32,089 nt of DNA from Panacagrimonas sp. (lineage in GTDB: Bacteria > Pseudomonadota > Gammaproteobacteria > Nevskiales > Nevskiaceae), in the NCBI GenBank assembly GCA_021773655.1, contig JAJFJX010000441.1, forward strand, positions 1-32,089, in the 5' to 3' direction. The position numbers and the translations under genes are program-made. The notes beneath the pieces are model-generated. The model searched no databases. It was not told where the DNA came from and saw nothing but the letters and a program-made list of their open reading frames with translations. Positions within the stretch are counted from its first letter, which is position 1; every line of letters starts with the position of its first letter. Shown in pieces: positions 28,924 through 32,089 of this stretch.

Positions 28924-30669
28924 TTGCGAGTATCGGTCTGCTGGATCCTGATGGCGTGCTGCGCCGCGGGTGCGACCCTCGTTCACGCGACGGAATGGCC
29001 CCATCACGGCCGCGACCCCGGAGGCCAGCGTCTGGCGCCGATCGCGGACGTCAATCCGGACAGCATCAGGCGACTGGTGCCGAAGTGGATCTGGCAGAGC
29101 GGGATCGTCGGCACCTTCCAGGCCACGCCGATCGTGGTCGGCAGTGTGATGTACGTGTCGCTGCCGTTCTCTCACGTTGCGGCGCTGGACGCGGCCAGTG
29201 GCCGTGAGCTCTGGCGTTACAAGCACTCGCGCAAAGTTGAAACGCCGTGCTGCGGCCCGGCCAATCGCGGCGTGGCGGTCGACGGCGGACGCGTGTTCGT
29301 GGGCACCGTCGACGCGCGTCTGGTGGCCCTGGATGCGGAGACCGGCCAGGTGCTGTGGGATGTCGAAGTGGCCCCGCAGCTCGAACGAACCGAGGCCCTC
29401 GCCACGGGCATGGGGCAGGCCAGGGTGAGTGGCAGCTCGGGCGTCGGCATCGCCGCGGCGCCCCTGGTCTTCGATGGTCGCGTGATCGTCGGCATCGCCG
29501 GCGTCGGCTACGGACTGCATCTGGATGGCGCGCGCGAGGGCGCGCCGGTGGGCGCGGTGATCGGGCTGCCGGGGGATTACGGCGGAATCGGTTTCATGGC
29601 CGCGTTCGACGTGGTCAGCGGACAGCGCCTGTGGAAGTTCGACACCCTGCGCAAGCCCGAGGACGGCGGCTGGGAGGGCGACTACGTGGAGACGACGCCT
29701 GACGGCGTGGCGCTGAACCGCGACGTCGAGTCGGAGCAGGCTCAGGCGCCGGGGCGCCCGGACGCCTGGCGCTACGGCGGGGGTTCGGTCTGGAGCGCCT
29801 CGGCCATCGACCCGGCCACCGGGCACCTGTTCTTCGGCGTCGGCAACCCCAGTCCGCAGATGGATGACGGCGGTCGTCCCGGGGATAACCTCTACACGTC
29901 TTCTATCGTCGCCATCGACGCCCGCAGCGGCCGCTACCTGTGGCATTACCAGCAGGTGCCGCATGATCTGTGGGGGTATGACGTGGCATCGCCTCCGGTG
30001 CTGTTTGAAGCCCAGGTCGACGGCCAGTCCGTCCCCGCCCTGGGCCAGGCATCGAAGCTCGGCTGGTTTTACGTCCATGATCGTCGCGACGGTCGCCTGC
30101 TGTGGAAGTCCGAAGCGATCGTGCCGCAGGAAAACCTGTTCGCCAGGGCCACCCCGGAGGGCGTGCGCATCACCCCCGGGGCCGCCGGTGGCGTCAACTG
30201 GTCGCCGGTGGCGCTGGATCCCTCGCGACAGCGCGCTTACGTGGCGGCGATGCACATGCCGATGGTGTATTGGCTCAAGTCCCTGCCGGCGCAGGACGAC
30301 AAACCCGAGCGGCCCTACTTCGAACTGACGCCCAGCGACGAGCCTCGTTGGGGTGTGCTGGCGGCGGTGAACCTTGCCCGAGGCGGGCAGCTGGCATGGA
30401 GTGCGCGCACCCCGCAACCGCTGGTCGGCGGGGTGCTGGCGCTCGCCAGCGGACTGGTCTTTACCGGCGAGGGCGATGGGCACCTTTCAGCCTTCGACGG
30501 CAACAGCGGGCAGCGGCTGTGGCAGTTCCAGTGCGGTGCCGGTGTCAATGCACCGCCGATCGCCTATCGCGTAGGCGGCAAGTCCCGGATTGCAGTGGCG
30601 GCCGGCGGCAGCCAGATCTGGGGTTATCCGCAGGGCGGCGCGGTGATCGCGTTTGGACTGCAGGACTGA
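28924..30669 (+). CDS. Second PQQ-binding beta-propeller protein with a divergent active site
   Basis: GAGGAG SD 7 nt before TTG 28924, signal peptide ending VHA, FQATP, PCCGPANRG, GGGSVW, GVGNPSP, RPGDNLYT, HDLWGYD, GGVNW and Trp-docking repeats. Intact 581 aa. Confidence 0.85.
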   Translation: MRVSVCWILMACCAAGATLVHATEWPHHGRDPGGQRLAPIADVNPDSIRRLVPKWIWQSGIVGTFQATPIVVGSVMYVSLPFSHVAALDAASGRELWRYKHSRKVETPCCGPANRGVAVDGGRVFVGTVDARLVALDAETGQVLWDVEVAPQLERTEALATGMGQARVSGSSGVGIAAAPLVFDGRVIVGIAGVGYGLHLDGAREGAPVGAVIGLPGDYGGIGFMAAFDVVSGQRLWKFDTLRKPEDGGWEGDYVETTPDGVALNRDVESEQAQAPGRPDAWRYGGGSVWSASAIDPATGHLFFGVGNPSPQMDDGGRPGDNLYTSSIVAIDARSGRYLWHYQQVPHDLWGYDVASPPVLFEAQVDGQSVPALGQASKLGWFYVHDRRDGRLLWKSEAIVPQENLFARATPEGVRITPGAAGGVNWSPVALDPSRQRAYVAAMHMPMVYWLKSLPAQDDKPERPYFELTPSDEPRWGVLAAVNLARGGQLAWSARTPQPLVGGVLALASGLVFTGEGDGHLSAFDGNSGQRLWQFQCGAGVNAPPIAYRVGGKSRIAVAAGGSQIWGYPQGGAVIAFGLQD

Positions 30670-30740
30670 GAGCGGGTGCGACGCCGGCATGCGTTCGGGA
30701 CTGGACTTGCAGACTCCGGCCTGTGGGCTTGGACTGTGAT

Positions 30741-30756
30741 CGGCGCGGACCTTGCG
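30741..30756 (+). promoter_or_regulatory. Possible sigma54 promoter for the regulator/sensor pair
   Basis: CGGCGCGGACCTTGCG: GG(30742-30743)-N10-GC(30754-30755) with TTGC, 30 bp before ATG 30786. C replaces T before GG. Confidence 0.35.
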
Positions 30757-30785
30757 CAGAGCCGGATGCAGTTGAAAGGGGAGCG

Positions 30786-31442
30786 ATGACGGTGAACGGT
30801 TCCGGGGTGACGCGGGTGTTGCTGATCGACGATCACGCCCTGGTGCGCGCGGGGTATCGCTACCTGCTGCATTGCACGTGCCACTTGGCCGTGGTCGCCG
30901 AAGCGTCCAGCGCAGCGGCTGGGTATCGGCACTTCCTGCGTGGCGGCATCGATGTCACCGTGCTGGATCTGTCCCTGCCCGGCGCCGGAGGTTTGGAGGT
31001 CCTGCGGCGGATGCGCAGTCGGCGTGCCACGGCGAGGGTGCTGGTGGTGAGCATGCACGACGAAGCCGCCATGGTGGACCGCGCGCTGGGGCTCGGCGCG
31101 CAGGGGTATCTATGCAAGCGATCCAATCCCGAACTGCTGGTGGAGGCGGTCACCGCGGTGGCGTCCGGCGAGCGCTTTCTGGACCCGGTCCTGATGGCCG
31201 AGCGGGCGCAGTCCTGCAGCCGCGCCGCACAAATCAAAGGGCTTTCCGAACGTGAGTTCGAGATCTTCCGCCAATTGGCCGAGGGCCATCCGGTGGAATT
31301 GATCGCGCGCTCGCTGTGCCTGAGCGCCAAGACCATCGCCAACTACGGAACCTCGATTCGCAGAAAGCTCAGGATAGAAAACCGCGCAGAGATGGCCCGG
31401 ATCGCCCTGGCCGCCGGCATCGTGTCCCCGCCCTGCACATGA
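30786..31442 (+). CDS. NarL/LuxR family response regulator (PedR2/ExaE-like)
   Basis: GGGGAG SD, RVLLIDDH, VLDLSLPG, VSMHD, GYLCK and LuxR HTH LSEREFEIF...LSAKTIAN. Confidence 0.9.
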   Translation: MTVNGSGVTRVLLIDDHALVRAGYRYLLHCTCHLAVVAEASSAAAGYRHFLRGGIDVTVLDLSLPGAGGLEVLRRMRSRRATARVLVVSMHDEAAMVDRALGLGAQGYLCKRSNPELLVEAVTAVASGERFLDPVLMAERAQSCSRAAQIKGLSEREFEIFRQLAEGHPVELIARSLCLSAKTIANYGTSIRRKLRIENRAEMARIALAAGIVSPPCT

Positions 31443-32089
31443 ACATGAAGCTGAAACTTTCCGGGCCGGGGCGTTCTCGCCCGGGATTTTCATCGGTTCC
31501 GCTGGAACTGCGCTGGCGCCTGTCGCTGCTGATCGGCGTGCTGCTGACCGCGGCGCTGACACTGGCGGCGTGGGTGGCGGTATCCAACACCCGCGAGGCA
31601 GTCGCACGGGAAGTCGGTGCCGGCCGCCACACCGCGGAAGCCAATCTGGACCTGCTGCTCGATCTGATTTCGGATCGCTCGCCGGGTGAGGTCGAACAGG
31701 TGTTGCGGCGGTGGAGTGCCGGCTATGAGGGTGGGCGCCACTTGTGCGTGGCGGTCGGGTCGCCGGGGGCGCGCACCGGTGGCTGCGAATTCACCGCTGA
31801 TGTGCCTGGCGTACCGGCATGGTTCGCTCGGGGCATGGAGACGTTGAGCGCGCCGGCAGTGCGCAGCGTCGCGTCCTCGGCCGGCGAACGCTCGATTGTC
31901 GTCGCCAGCGATCCGCGAGACGAGTTGCGCGAAGCCTGGATCGACATACGCGGTCTGCTGGTGGTGATGGGCCTGCTGGCGTTCGCCGTGAACGCTTGCA
32001 TCTTCGTTGCGCTGTCGCGTGGATTGCGGCCGCTGCACTCCCTGGTGTGCGCGATGGAGCAGATCGGCAGGGGCGTAATCCCCCGACTC
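31439..32089 (+). CDS. MoxY/PedS2-like membrane sensor histidine kinase, N-terminal part (runs off the window)
   Basis: Manually translated open frame of 217 codons from ATG 31439 (ATGA overlap with the regulator): LRWRLSLLI-TM1, NTREAVAREV, RHL, VPAWF, DPRDELREAW, TM2, then HAMP start GLRPLHSL. The kinase domain is not visible. Confidence 0.8.
   Translation, partial: MNMKLKLSGPGRSRPGFSSVPLELRWRLSLLIGVLLTAALTLAAWVAVSNTREAVAREVGAGRHTAEANLDLLLDLISDRSPGEVEQVLRRWSAGYEGGRHLCVAVGSPGARTGGCEFTADVPGVPAWFARGMETLSAPAVRSVASSAGERSIVVASDPRDELREAWIDIRGLLVVMGLLAFAVNACIFVALSRGLRPLHSLVCAMEQIGRGVIPRL

Noticed and set aside
28924-30669. Pseudogene interpretation of the second PQQ gene
   Set aside because: No stops or frameshifts, a good SD and signal peptide, and structural Trp/Gly motifs retained throughout. 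The changes are concentrated at the active site.
30102-30785. N-terminal extensions in the ORF track (regulator from 30102; also 3211, 9130, 10600, 15748, 23752, 27554, 28582)
   Set aside because: They overlap neighbouring genes or control regions. Downstream starts have an SD, a signal peptide or a stop-start overlap.

Overview
A high-GC gammaproteobacterial chromosome window in two parts. The first part (1-22032) is mostly core genes: a wax ester synthase/DGAT, a DUF4124 protein, ntrB-ntrC (with its own sigma54 promoter and two NtrC boxes, and no adjacent glnA), a minus-strand run DUF4112 - POT peptide transporter - ACE-like M2 peptidase lipoprotein - cytochrome b561 - two YceI proteins, plsB, an FKBP PPIase, and the Pseudomonas-like block hemY-hemX-hemD-hemC-algR-algZ/fimS with divergent argH. 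The second part (22283-32089) is an accessory quinoprotein cluster: a divergent YVTN-type beta-propeller lipoprotein, a PedH/ExaF-type PQQ alcohol dehydrogenase carrying the lanthanide D-x-D signature, cytochrome c550, a solute-binding-fold protein, a fused SoxYZ-like carrier, a metallo-beta-lactamase-fold hydrolase, a second PQQ-type beta-propeller, and a NarL-type regulator plus a MoxY/PedS2-like sensor that runs off the window and is missing from the ORF track. The most interesting observation is the second PQQ protein. It is intact and keeps the vicinal Cys-Cys and the PQQ pocket, but by manual alignment both the metal-binding Glu and the catalytic Asp are replaced by Gly. This points to a non-canonical quinoprotein coupled to the SoxYZ-like carrier/hydrolase relay. 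No rRNA, tRNA, CRISPR array, integrase or transposase was seen. All calls come from motif recognition by eye; no searches were run.
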